From an uncultured Candidatus Saccharibacteria bacterium (lineage in GTDB: Bacteria; Patescibacteriota; Kazan-3B-28), in contig CAYSVM010000002.1 of assembly GCA_964434605.1 (NCBI GenBank), forward strand, positions 64,047 through 128,046: a DNA stretch of 64,000 nucleotides, written 5' to 3'. The notes below the pieces were generated by a model, which was not told the DNA's origin, made no database searches, and saw only the letters and a list, made by a program, of their open reading frames with translations. This document shows, piece by piece, positions 28,692-37,965 of this stretch (position 1 is the stretch's first letter; each line of letters starts with the position of its first letter). The translations under genes and the position numbers were made by a program.

Positions 28692-29906
28692 TTACTTACC
28701 CGCCAAAAGCTTTTTTGCTCCCAAGAGTTGGACATCTGTTGTTTCCTTACCTGTGAGCTTGATTTCTTTATCTGGCTTAATCCTCGCATCGTTGATCGAA
28801 GCCCCCTTAGGGGTATACCACTTGCCTACCGTTACTCTTAGAGCTGAACCATCTGGAAACTCTTCTACTTCTTGGACACTTCCTTTTCCGTATGTTTGTT
28901 CACCAACAACTTTAGCTCTACCGTTGTCTTGCAATGCCCCGGCAACAATTTCTGCTGCACTAGCACTTCCTCCGTTAACCAACATTATCAAAGGAATCTT
29001 TGTTAGCCTACCACTTCCGTCTGCAGAGAAAGATGTTTTTTCTCCGCTTTTCATTCTCTCTTCCACGATTACACCATTCTGCAAAAATTCATTTGCCACT
29101 TTAACACCCGAGTCCAAGAACCCTCCAGGATTATTCCGCAAATCCAACACCACTCCCTTCACCCCCTCGGCAATTACTTTATTTACTGCGGATTGAAAAC
29201 CAGCATCGGTATCGCTAGCAAATCTTGTAATCTTTATTACTGCAATCTTATCTTCCCCGATCTCTATCGACACACTATCCCTTCTAATTGTTTGACGAAC
29301 AATATTTAGCACTAATTGTTCCTCTCCCTTTCTCTCTATTGTCAAAGCTACCTTGCTTCCTGCAGGTCCTTTAATTGCGCTTAGCACCTCAGCAAAAGTC
29401 ATTCCCATTACCGACACACCATCTACTGCCACTATCTCATCCAATGGCTTCAGACCAGCCGCTTCTGCTGGAGAATCCTTTAGTGGTGTCAGCACTACCA
29501 GAACACCATCTACCACATCCAACTCCACCCCGATACCTTCGTAGCTACCGTTGAGGTTATCAAAGAATTGGCTGTTTTCCGCTGGGTCAGCAAATATTGT
29601 ATAGGGATCTCCAATTGCCGCAACCAATCCCTTGATACTCCCATACAACATTTCCTGAGTATTAATATCCCCAAAATATTTATCCCGCAATTGCTCTGCT
29701 ACCTCCCAGAACAAACTGAAATCAGCTTGACCAAGCTTCTTGTTTTGCAGTTCCTGTTTAAAAACTGCTGAAAAGTTATTCGCAGTTATCCTTCCGTAAT
29801 ATCCCTGCGTTACACCAGCAAGATAAATAACGAGCAAGAAAATGATGCCAACAATTGCGGTAAGTCCGTATCTAACTTTTTTATCCATTATTTTCATTAA
29901 CAACAA
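28692..29906 (-). CDS. ctpA: Carboxy-terminal processing protease (S41, CtpA-like)
   Basis: N-terminal TM, PDZ domain, catalytic Ser region NGGSASAAEIVAGALQDNGRAKVVG and Lys (TYGKGSVQ). Confidence 0.85.
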   Translation of the reverse strand: MLLMKIMDKKVRYGLTAIVGIIFLLVIYLAGVTQGYYGRITANNFSAVFKQELQNKKLGQADFSLFWEVAEQLRDKYFGDINTQEMLYGSIKGLVAAIGDPYTIFADPAENSQFFDNLNGSYEGIGVELDVVDGVLVVLTPLKDSPAEAAGLKPLDEIVAVDGVSVMGMTFAEVLSAIKGPAGSKVALTIERKGEEQLVLNIVRQTIRRDSVSIEIGEDKIAVIKITRFASDTDAGFQSAVNKVIAEGVKGVVLDLRNNPGGFLDSGVKVANEFLQNGVIVEERMKSGEKTSFSADGSGRLTKIPLIMLVNGGSASAAEIVAGALQDNGRAKVVGEQTYGKGSVQEVEEFPDGSALRVTVGKWYTPKGASINDARIKPDKEIKLTGKETTDVQLLGAKKLLAGK

Positions 29907-29936
29907 AACAACTCTGTCGCCATTCTACCACACCAC

Positions 29937-31100
29937 CTATCCACCCAAATACGCTAATGCGTTTCTTGCTGCCCCATTCAGCCAAACCTCAAAGTGAAGA
30001 TGAGGACCAGTTGTAAGCCAACCCGCACCAGTACTTCCCGGAGTACCACCAGTAGCACCGATAACCGAGCCAACTGGCACAAACTGACCAGTAGCAACGG
30101 ATACACTACTCACGTGGCCATATACCGTTACCATCCCATTTCCATGATCTAGCATGATGTATGAATAGGCAGAAGAACCATCGAATTTTACTTTTAGGAC
30201 GTAAGCATCAGCGGGTGCTTTTATTGGTGTTCCTTGGGGTGTAGCAATATCTATAGCATTATGAGCTATCTTGAATCTAGATTGGTAATCGCTATCCTGG
30301 AATCCTGCTGTAATTAGTCTCGAAGAAACTGGCCAAAGCAAAGAATACTTGCCTTCGTTCAAAACTCCCTTCCGCGCACTCTTTGCTAACCTCGCAATCT
30401 CGTTTTCCATCTTCTGCTGCTCGATGATGGCTGCTTCCAATTTCTTTTGATACTCTGCCTCAGTTAGCTTGGTATCATGCAACATCGATTCCTTTGCTTG
30501 CAATTGAGCATTCATGTTGTTCTGTTCTATCTGCTTAGATGCCTGTAAATCTTTCAGTTGCTTATCTGCCGCTTCTAGCTCACCTTTCTTTGTAGTGAGT
30601 TTTTCATTTAAGGTCTGCAAAGCACTAATATTCCCCGTAATCTGGTTTTCTATCGTACTAATGTATTCAATCTGACTCATAAAATCTGACAAATTAGACG
30701 AACCCAAAAGTACCTCAAGAATTCCTGAGCGATTTCTAATATATGCCTCCTTAATAGTCTCTCTTAGAACTTTCTTTTTCTCAAAGATTTGAATCTCTGC
30801 TGAAACTAAATCCCCGTTTATCTGGCTCATATTCAAATTGACGGTATCTATTTGTTCGGATAACGCTTGCATCTGCAACTCGCTCAATTTTATTTGTCCA
30901 TCTAAAATATCTAGCTGATTCTGCAACGTTGCCTTACGCTTACGAACACTATCTAGCTGTTTTTGTTGTTGCTCTATTTGATCCCGCAATTTCTTTAGTT
31001 CTTGAGTTTTGTCACTCAAAAGATCTGCACTTGCTGGCAAAACAACACTGAGTGCCAAGACTATTGCTACGACTAATTTTGATATTCTCCCTATCCTCAT
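29937..31100 (-). CDS. M23 family metallopeptidase with long N-terminal coiled coil (EnvC-like)
   Basis: Signal peptide, ~230-aa coiled coil, C-terminal LytM domain with HxxxD and HLHFEV motifs; adjacent to ftsEX. Confidence 0.8.
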   Translation of the reverse strand: MRIGRISKLVVAIVLALSVVLPASADLLSDKTQELKKLRDQIEQQQKQLDSVRKRKATLQNQLDILDGQIKLSELQMQALSEQIDTVNLNMSQINGDLVSAEIQIFEKKKVLRETIKEAYIRNRSGILEVLLGSSNLSDFMSQIEYISTIENQITGNISALQTLNEKLTTKKGELEAADKQLKDLQASKQIEQNNMNAQLQAKESMLHDTKLTEAEYQKKLEAAIIEQQKMENEIARLAKSARKGVLNEGKYSLLWPVSSRLITAGFQDSDYQSRFKIAHNAIDIATPQGTPIKAPADAYVLKVKFDGSSAYSYIMLDHGNGMVTVYGHVSSVSVATGQFVPVGSVIGATGGTPGSTGAGWLTTGPHLHFEVWLNGAARNALAYLGG

Positions 31101-31103
31101 GAT

Positions 31104-32015
31104 CTATATAGATAAATGTTTCTTTGTGGCAAGATAACTAGACATCCCACCGACTACCAAACCCACCAAGAGCTGCAAACCAACCAAAAACACCACAAAT
31201 CCAGCAGAGAAAACAGGATTACCAGAAGTGGATATAAGATAGCTACTCATCATGGGAAGTAGTATCGCCCAGTATGCCGCAGCTAACAACAGAGTAGTAA
31301 AAATAGTCGCTATTACTCCATACATCATTCCTTCGATAATAAACGGCCAACGAATATACCAGTCAGTCGCCCCCACCAGCTTCATAATTTCAATCTCCTG
31401 CCTGCGAGCGAAAATAGTAATGCGAATGGTATTGAAAATAATAAGCAAAGCGATTGCTAACAACACTATGGCGAGCATCACACTGGAACGCTGAATGAAA
31501 CTACTAGCATTGCGTAGCTTCTCTATAATCTTCTGGTTGTCTTCCAGGCTTGTTTCTGAAATCTGTTTGGCATACTCAGTACCTCGCACCTGTTCAACAA
31601 TCCCTTCTATCTTATATGGATCCGTCACCTTTATTTCCAAACTTGCCGGTAGGAAGTTTTCTTCTTCTGGAACTACACTACGAATAATTTTCCTGTTGCG
31701 ATTCTCTTCCAAGAATTTATTCAACGCGTCTTTCGAGGAAACATATACCACTTCCCGTACATCTTGCCATTGCTCAACATCTCCCTTCAACGCCAAAATA
31801 TCTGCTTCAGGAGCAGTTTCTTTAAAAAACACCGCTACATCTATCCTTTCGTTTATAGAGCGAATGGTAGTCCCTATTACCACATTCAAAGAAGCTAGAA
31901 TGCTTACGATCAGAAGAGCTTGGGCCATAATGAATACCGCCACCAAAGAAAGCCATCCGTTCCTGCGGAAACTTTGCCATGCCGATCTAAATATTCTGTG
32001 CCAATAAACTAACAT
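31104..32015 (-). CDS. ftsX: Cell division permease-like protein FtsX
   Basis: Four-TM ABC3 topology with a large first periplasmic loop; directly downstream of ftsE. Confidence 0.8.
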   Translation of the reverse strand: MLVYWHRIFRSAWQSFRRNGWLSLVAVFIMAQALLIVSILASLNVVIGTTIRSINERIDVAVFFKETAPEADILALKGDVEQWQDVREVVYVSSKDALNKFLEENRNRKIIRSVVPEEENFLPASLEIKVTDPYKIEGIVEQVRGTEYAKQISETSLEDNQKIIEKLRNASSFIQRSSVMLAIVLLAIALLIIFNTIRITIFARRQEIEIMKLVGATDWYIRWPFIIEGMMYGVIATIFTTLLLAAAYWAILLPMMSSYLISTSGNPVFSAGFVVFLVGLQLLVGLVVGGMSSYLATKKHLSI

Positions 32016-32701
32016 ACTTTATAGTGCATATCGTATTTACTCCGTCTCTTGTCTCGTACTATCTTCCCGTCTTCAATACTAATAACTCTTTTATTAATCA
32101 GATCAACAATTTCTCTGTTATGAGTCGCCAGTAGAACAGTCGTTCCCATTGAATTAATCTTCAATAACAACTTGGCAATTTCTAAAGCATTCTTTGGATC
32201 CAAGTTTCCAGTTGGTTCATCTGCAATTAAAAACTTTGGCTGAAAAACTAATGCTCGGGCAATAGCTACTCTCTGCGCTTCCCCTCCAGACATTTCCTTA
32301 GGAAAACTACCACCCCTATCCTTCAGCCCAACCAAATCCAGTATCTTTGCTACTTCCTTATTTATCTCATCATCCGGCAATCCAGATACTTCCAATGCAA
32401 ATGCTACATTTTCCGCCACCGTCTTATTCGGAAGCAACTTAAAGTCCTGAAACACCACTCCGATTTGTCTGCGGTAATATGGAATGTATTTATCCTTTAA
32501 AAGATGGATATCTTTGCAATCAATCGTTATCCTCCCAAAAGTCGGTCTCTCCTCGCACAGAAGAAGCTTTATTAGCGTGGATTTTCCTGCTCCCGAAGGA
32601 CCCACCAGAGTGACAAATTCCTGGGGACGGATAGTGAAACTAACATTATCCAGTACTTTGTGCGTTCCGTAATGTTTAGTTACTTTTTCGAATTCTATCA
32701 T
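32009..32701 (-). CDS. ftsE: Cell division ATP-binding protein FtsE
   Basis: ABC ATPase with Walker A GPSGAGKST, signature LSGGEAQRVAIARAL and Walker B LIADEPTGNLD; ~230 aa. Confidence 0.9.
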   Translation of the reverse strand: MIEFEKVTKHYGTHKVLDNVSFTIRPQEFVTLVGPSGAGKSTLIKLLLCEERPTFGRITIDCKDIHLLKDKYIPYYRRQIGVVFQDFKLLPNKTVAENVAFALEVSGLPDDEINKEVAKILDLVGLKDRGGSFPKEMSGGEAQRVAIARALVFQPKFLIADEPTGNLDPKNALEIAKLLLKINSMGTTVLLATHNREIVDLINKRVISIEDGKIVRDKRRSKYDMHYKVC

Positions 32702-33816
32702 TTTCCCCCGTTCAAATTATTTTTATCTTGTTCTCTTTGTGCAAGTAAGACACTACTGATTATCTCATCTAAATCGCCTTCTTTCAGTACTTTCTCAGTA
32801 TTAGAAGTCTCGAAATTACTCCGATGATCCTTCACCTGCTGATATGGATGAAGAGTGTAGCTCCTTATCTGGTGCCCAAAATCTCCAGATGCATTTGCTG
32901 CTTTAAGCTTCCTGTTTTCCACATCTCTCTTTTCTTCTTCTATCAAATACAAGCGATTCTTTAGGATCTTCATTGCTGCCTCTTTGTTTTGCATCTGACT
33001 ACGTTCAGTCTGAATAGAAACCACAATATTAGTTGGAATATGAGTAATTCTTACTGCTGAGTCTGTAGTATTCACACTCTGTCCTCCATGTCCGGAAGAC
33101 TTAAAAGTCTCTATCTTCAGATCTTCATCCTTTATTTCCACATCCACTTCCCCCAAGTCCGGCAATACTTCGATAAGGGCAAATGAAGTTTGACGTAAAT
33201 TCTGTGCGTTATATGGACTAAGACGAATAAGTCTGTGCACTCCTGCTTCAGATTTCAGCCAACCATATGCCCGAAATCCTTCCACCTTTACTGTAGCGTT
33301 CTTGATCCCCGCTTCTCCACCTTCCGTCACATCCACCACTTCTGCTTTCCAACCTTTCCGTTTGGCATATGCCAAATACATTGAAAGAAGCATCTGGTTC
33401 CAGTCTGCCGCGTCCACTCCGCCAGTCCCCACATGGAACATTAGGCAGGCATCTTTGTTGTCGTAGGTACCATTAAACAAAGTCTGTGCCTCCAGCCAAA
33501 CAATGAGCTCCTGGGCTTTTGCGAGGTCCTCCTCAGAAGCTTTGTCTTCGAGGTTGGTTTCGTCGTCCCCCATCGCCTTACCCACTCGCGCCAGAATCTC
33601 TCCAATTTCCCTCTCAGCTTCAATTACCTTCTTGTTCAATTCAAACTTTGTGCCCTTAAAAGCTGCCACCTGCTGGTCTTTCCAGAAATCTGGAGCACTC
33701 ATTTCTCCCGCCAGAACTTCATTCTCGGAAGAAAGCTTCTCCATATCCAAAAAGCCCTGCACCTTGGCAAACTGCAGACGCAACGACTCATATTGCTCTT
33801 TTCGGTTGAAAGGCAT
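32698..33816 (-). CDS. prfB: Peptide chain release factor 2 (no programmed frameshift)
   Basis: GGQ motif (SGHGGQSVNTTDS) and an RF2-type SPF-like tripeptide (SPY, RQTSFA). The region equivalent to the E. coli frameshift site reads in-frame (QGFLD). Start placed at M21 by length comparison. Confidence 0.85.
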   Translation of the reverse strand: MPFNRKEQYESLRLQFAKVQGFLDMEKLSSENEVLAGEMSAPDFWKDQQVAAFKGTKFELNKKVIEAEREIGEILARVGKAMGDDETNLEDKASEEDLAKAQELIVWLEAQTLFNGTYDNKDACLMFHVGTGGVDAADWNQMLLSMYLAYAKRKGWKAEVVDVTEGGEAGIKNATVKVEGFRAYGWLKSEAGVHRLIRLSPYNAQNLRQTSFALIEVLPDLGEVDVEIKDEDLKIETFKSSGHGGQSVNTTDSAVRITHIPTNIVVSIQTERSQMQNKEAAMKILKNRLYLIEEEKRDVENRKLKAANASGDFGHQIRSYTLHPYQQVKDHRSNFETSNTEKVLKEGDLDEIISSVLLAQREQDKNNLNGGK

Positions 33817-33909
33817 ACCTAGATTATACCCCAACAAGAACTTCTTCGTTTTGTATTGTAAAAGGACCTCTTTCAAGGTCCCTTTACTTTGGATAATTCC
33901 ACTTATTCC

Positions 33910-35763
33910 TTAATTCATTCCGTAAGCTGTTCTACGATTCATCCAACGGTAAGTAAGCCAAGCTAGACCAAGAGAAACTACTGCCAGAATGCTTAAGATT
34001 ATTCCTTCTGAACCAGTAGGAGGTAATGGATAGGTTGGTCCGCCAATACCGGCACAGTAGACTTTAAGATTATTCGAAGAGATATTGAACCCGTTTGGCT
34101 TTTCAGATGCCTTTACGAATGCTGATACGCCCAAATTGGTTCCATTCTTAATTCCATCTTTTACAGAAGCCGTTACCGTCAGAACCACACTTTGACCAGT
34201 AGTCAAAGTCCCTGGTGTCCAAGTAACAGTCTGACCTGTGAAGTATGGATGATTACTGTAAGACGAAGCCGACAGAATGATCAGAGCAGATGGGATAGTC
34301 ATCGTCAGAGTTGTATTGTTCACTGTGTTGTAACGATTAGTCAAAGTGACAGTGTAAGCAATTACTGAACCATTACAGATAGGCTTGTTGTCTTGCGCAG
34401 AAGCGGTAATAGAGCCATCTATGAAGTATTTGTTTGGAACTGGGTTGTAGTAGTTAGAAACTACAATTCCCATTGTGTTACTGACAGACACACCCTTCCA
34501 AGTCGCAGTTACCCGCACAAAGGCTTGGCCAGTCTGACCGTCTGCAACAAATCTTGCACCGTACTGGCTGTAGAGATCACCAGCCAAGTATCCGACACCA
34601 CTAAGCTTTTCCCAGCGATAAGTAGCATCTGGAATCGCCCGACCAAGATTGCTCCAAGCTTGAGTTCTCAGATTGGTCTGCTCATAAATGAGTATTGAAT
34701 TACGATCGGCAGAAATATCTGTACGAACAATGTATTCATTCACTGTGTTATCTGATACACGAATACCTGCTGAATCAACTATGCTAGCATTTGTCCGACA
34801 ACTAAGAGTAATGGTGAAGTCACCAACTTGAGTTGCGGTATAGGTAGTATTTGCTGTGTTGAATGAACCACCACTAACAAACCAATTTAGATCACTTGCA
34901 GAAACATTATTCCCCAAGTTGGTCTTAGCGGTATAGGCAACAGAAGTACTCTGACCCCGTGTTAGATCAAAGTGACTGTTAACAATATTCACCGCATTAC
35001 AATACTCAGCCGGAGGCGTTACCGCCTGAACCACTAAAGTGGCTGGAGTATCTGCAAAAGCCATTACTCCGCTGTAGGTCGCACGCGTATTGATAACATA
35101 AGTTCCAGTTGCACTTGGAGTAAAGTTCCAAGTAGTACCACTAGATTGAGCAACTGTCTGTCCACCCTTACTAGCAGTCCAAGCAAACGTAGAACTAGAA
35201 GTCACATTAGTTGTACCGTTTAATGCCTGTGCGGTATACAGCTTCGACTGACCCAAATTAATTGGATTAGTCGCAGTCGGATAAATAGAGGCTGTCAAAT
35301 GAATCTGGGGATTTGGAGGTGTTGGAGAAGCGGTTACAGTAAGTGTTCCTGGAGTATCTGCAAAAGCAAAACCTCCGTTACTGTGAGTTCCCCGGACATT
35401 CATGGTGTAAACACCCACTTCTGCTGGAGTAAAGTTCCAAGTAGTACCACTAGATTGAGCAACTGTCTGTCCACCCTTGCTAGCAATCCAAGCGAAAGTA
35501 GTTGTACTAGTCACATTGGTAACGCCATTGAAAGCCTGTGCAGTAAACATCTTGGATTGCCCAAGAGTAATCGCACTATTGGTTGGAGATAGCGACACAT
35601 GGAATGAACCCTGTGCGTCAGCCATCTGTACGCCAAACAAATTAGTGGCTACAAACAACGAACCGAATATAATTACGCCAAACTTGCGCCAATTTTTTAG
35701 CGCTTTTGCAATCCGGCGAACCCTGTAATACATCCCTGTCCCCAAAGTTTTGAGAAAACTCAT
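33910..35763 (-). CDS. LPxTG-anchored surface protein with tandem Ig-like repeats
   Basis: Signal peptide; two ~100-aa near-identical repeats; T/S/N-rich beta domains; C-terminal LPPTG plus hydrophobic helix plus RWMNRR tail, a classic sortase sorting signal. Confidence 0.7.
   Translation of the reverse strand: MSFLKTLGTGMYYRVRRIAKALKNWRKFGVIIFGSLFVATNLFGVQMADAQGSFHVSLSPTNSAITLGQSKMFTAQAFNGVTNVTSTTTFAWIASKGGQTVAQSSGTTWNFTPAEVGVYTMNVRGTHSNGGFAFADTPGTLTVTASPTPPNPQIHLTASIYPTATNPINLGQSKLYTAQALNGTTNVTSSSTFAWTASKGGQTVAQSSGTTWNFTPSATGTYVINTRATYSGVMAFADTPATLVVQAVTPPAEYCNAVNIVNSHFDLTRGQSTSVAYTAKTNLGNNVSASDLNWFVSGGSFNTANTTYTATQVGDFTITLSCRTNASIVDSAGIRVSDNTVNEYIVRTDISADRNSILIYEQTNLRTQAWSNLGRAIPDATYRWEKLSGVGYLAGDLYSQYGARFVADGQTGQAFVRVTATWKGVSVSNTMGIVVSNYYNPVPNKYFIDGSITASAQDNKPICNGSVIAYTVTLTNRYNTVNNTTLTMTIPSALIILSASSYSNHPYFTGQTVTWTPGTLTTGQSVVLTVTASVKDGIKNGTNLGVSAFVKASEKPNGFNISSNNLKVYCAGIGGPTYPLPPTGSEGIILSILAVVSLGLAWLTYRWMNRRTAYGMN
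35121..35575. repeat. Tandem direct DNA repeat (~310-bp period, two copies) inside the LPxTG gene
   Basis: taaagttccaagtagtaccactagattgagcaactgtctgtccaccctt... recurs at 35121 and 35430 with near identity over ~140 bp, matching the two protein repeats. Confidence 0.6.
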
Positions 35764-35933
35764 TTCTTTTACCTCCCAGAAAATAGTATATCTTTTTTAT
35801 AATTCCTTCCCCCTACCCCTCTGCCCGTGACCTCGACACTCTGGGGGGAAATGTCGAAGACGAAGCAGAGAGGTAGGAAGAACGAAGAAAGGATGGTGAG
35901 GGCGCCGAAGCGCCCCCACCCAATGTTCATCGC

Positions 35934-37400
35934 TTAGTTGACTATGACGGGAGTATCTCCCGTCAACTGATGGTTCGTCCAGGTAATCGTCGCCGACACC
36001 CGGAACGAACCAACCCCCGCCAGCACGGAGTAAAAGTACCCCGTGTTAGCGTTAATTGCTCCACTCGCCGTCGAGGACCACACAATCGTGGCCCCCGAAG
36101 GGATCGGCAGTTCACTCACGCCATCACTGGCGTAGATACGAGCAACATACTGTTGCTCATCTCCTGCCGTCGCGTTCAGCAACGCCCCTTGCGGGGTAAT
36201 AGAGACAACCGCCCCATCGTAATCATCCGACGGCGGTGCATTTACAATCACGGTAACCCCTGTGGCCGACATCGCAGTCGCGCCATCGTTATCCGTGACA
36301 CGAAGCCATACCGAGTATTCACCCGGCATGGCGTAAACATGCTCCATGGTTATTCCTCCGACATCAGCGTGTCCGCCTCCGCCGTAGAAAAACCACTCGT
36401 ACTTCACTATCGTCCCCCCGCCGGGATCATAAGAACCGCTTCCGTCTGCATGGACGGTTAGCGGAGCATCTCCGCTTTTCGGATTGACCGTCAGTATTGC
36501 TACTGGCGGCTTGTTTACTGGCGGATTTACCGATTGCACAGTGTGGTATTTTGTATTACCACACCGATCCGACACTGTGATAGTCAAATCGTGGTTTGGC
36601 ATAACGATCGTAAACGACCCGTTGCCATTCCCCGATTTCGAACCTCCTGCCCAGCTGGCTTCCCAGCCTTCTGGACAGTTAGACGAAACATTGACCGTAA
36701 CCTCGTCTCTAGCCCGCGCTTTCGCGGGACCACTGATCGCTAACGTAACTGTCGGAGGAGGAACAACTTCGCCACCAACTACAGCAACCTCGCCGTATTC
36801 AGTTGGGCAAAGCAGTGCTCCCACAATACCTAGGCCGGCCACAATCCATCCCATCACTTCAACGTCGTCTCCGTTGTCGTTGCGAGCGACGATGATACTG
36901 GGTTCGCCCTGAACAGGCCAGCCATTGACCTCAGCAAGAAACATTGCCATGTCCCTTGCGTCAGCCTCAGCCGAAACCAAAATCTTGTCTCCGGCGACTG
37001 CATCATCGGGAGTCACGTAAGCGTAGCTGGAATACCCAGCCTTTGCTAGTGGTCGTCCTCCCAATGAAGCATCGATCTTCACTAACGGCTTGCGGACATC
37101 GCTGTCCACAGTTACCGTAGTGATCTCGATTTCTGCCTTGCCTTTCGGCTTGCAGAAGACCTTCGCGCCGAAGGCTTCCCCTGGTTTTCTCGAGGTTGAA
37201 GTAAGCTCAAGCCTCAAGAAAGATGTACGACCCGCTATCGGGTATGCATCGAGGGAGTCAACGAAATTGGTGAGTGTAGCCGGGGATTCATCATCGATGA
37301 CTGGAGTGGTGGTTGTTGAACCACCGCCACCGCCACCGCAGGAATCAACAATAAACACTAACACAAGAAGGGCTACGAGAGCCCACATGCGCCTTGCCAT
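35934..37400 (-). CDS. GC-rich lipoprotein with PKD domain and bacterial Ig-like domain
   Basis: GGAGGTG SD 4 nt before ATG (MARRMW); lipobox LVFIVDSC followed by a G-run; PKD signature VNPKSGDAPLTVHADGSGSYDPGGGTIVKYEWFFYGGG...WLRVTDNDG; G+C clearly higher than the genome background. Confidence 0.7.
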   Translation of the reverse strand: MARRMWALVALLVLVFIVDSCGGGGGGSTTTTPVIDDESPATLTNFVDSLDAYPIAGRTSFLRLELTSTSRKPGEAFGAKVFCKPKGKAEIEITTVTVDSDVRKPLVKIDASLGGRPLAKAGYSSYAYVTPDDAVAGDKILVSAEADARDMAMFLAEVNGWPVQGEPSIIVARNDNGDDVEVMGWIVAGLGIVGALLCPTEYGEVAVVGGEVVPPPTVTLAISGPAKARARDEVTVNVSSNCPEGWEASWAGGSKSGNGNGSFTIVMPNHDLTITVSDRCGNTKYHTVQSVNPPVNKPPVAILTVNPKSGDAPLTVHADGSGSYDPGGGTIVKYEWFFYGGGGHADVGGITMEHVYAMPGEYSVWLRVTDNDGATAMSATGVTVIVNAPPSDDYDGAVVSITPQGALLNATAGDEQQYVARIYASDGVSELPIPSGATIVWSSTASGAINANTGYFYSVLAGVGSFRVSATITWTNHQLTGDTPVIVN

Positions 37401-37965
37401 TTTGCACCTCCGTGCGAATGGTGTGACATTGGGCTCTCCGCCCTCTGTCACCGCCAAGATCGCGACTTCTTGACGTGACAATAGCCCCTCACCGATAATA
37501 TTTCGGTTTGGGACACTTTGCGGAATACCTTCCGCTCAGTACTCCAGTGAAGAGAAGGTGTCGACCCTTAAATTGGAATCCTTAAAGATTAGTTCAAAAA
37601 TTCCCAGACCTTAACCTCTGCATCACCAGAGTGCTGAGCGCAAATTCTTCCGCATTTACATCTGCCAAACAAAAACCCAGCGCGCCCCCAGCGTGTTGGT
37701 ATCATTTGTTTTAACAGGTTGTAAATTGTCACATCATTGCTCTTGTTTCGCCACTTCTTTCCGTTGTTGTCATCGTGGTTTATCAACTAAGCAATTTGTC
37801 GATGTGCGATAGGCCACTCGGCCTGCTTACGACTATACTAGAGTAGTACGGGCATTTTGTCAAGCAAAAAGTGGCTCTAGGAGCATAAAATCTTCTGTTT
37901 TACCCATCCAACCAACCCATATCTGATAATTCCTTGACAAACAGCCCCTAAGATGTCCTAATACC

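Noticed and set aside
37589-37786. 65-aa ORF in the secA-lipoprotein intergenic region
   Set aside because: No RBS, odd composition, and it sits in the likely promoter or junction region of the GC-rich island; kept only as a possible spacer.
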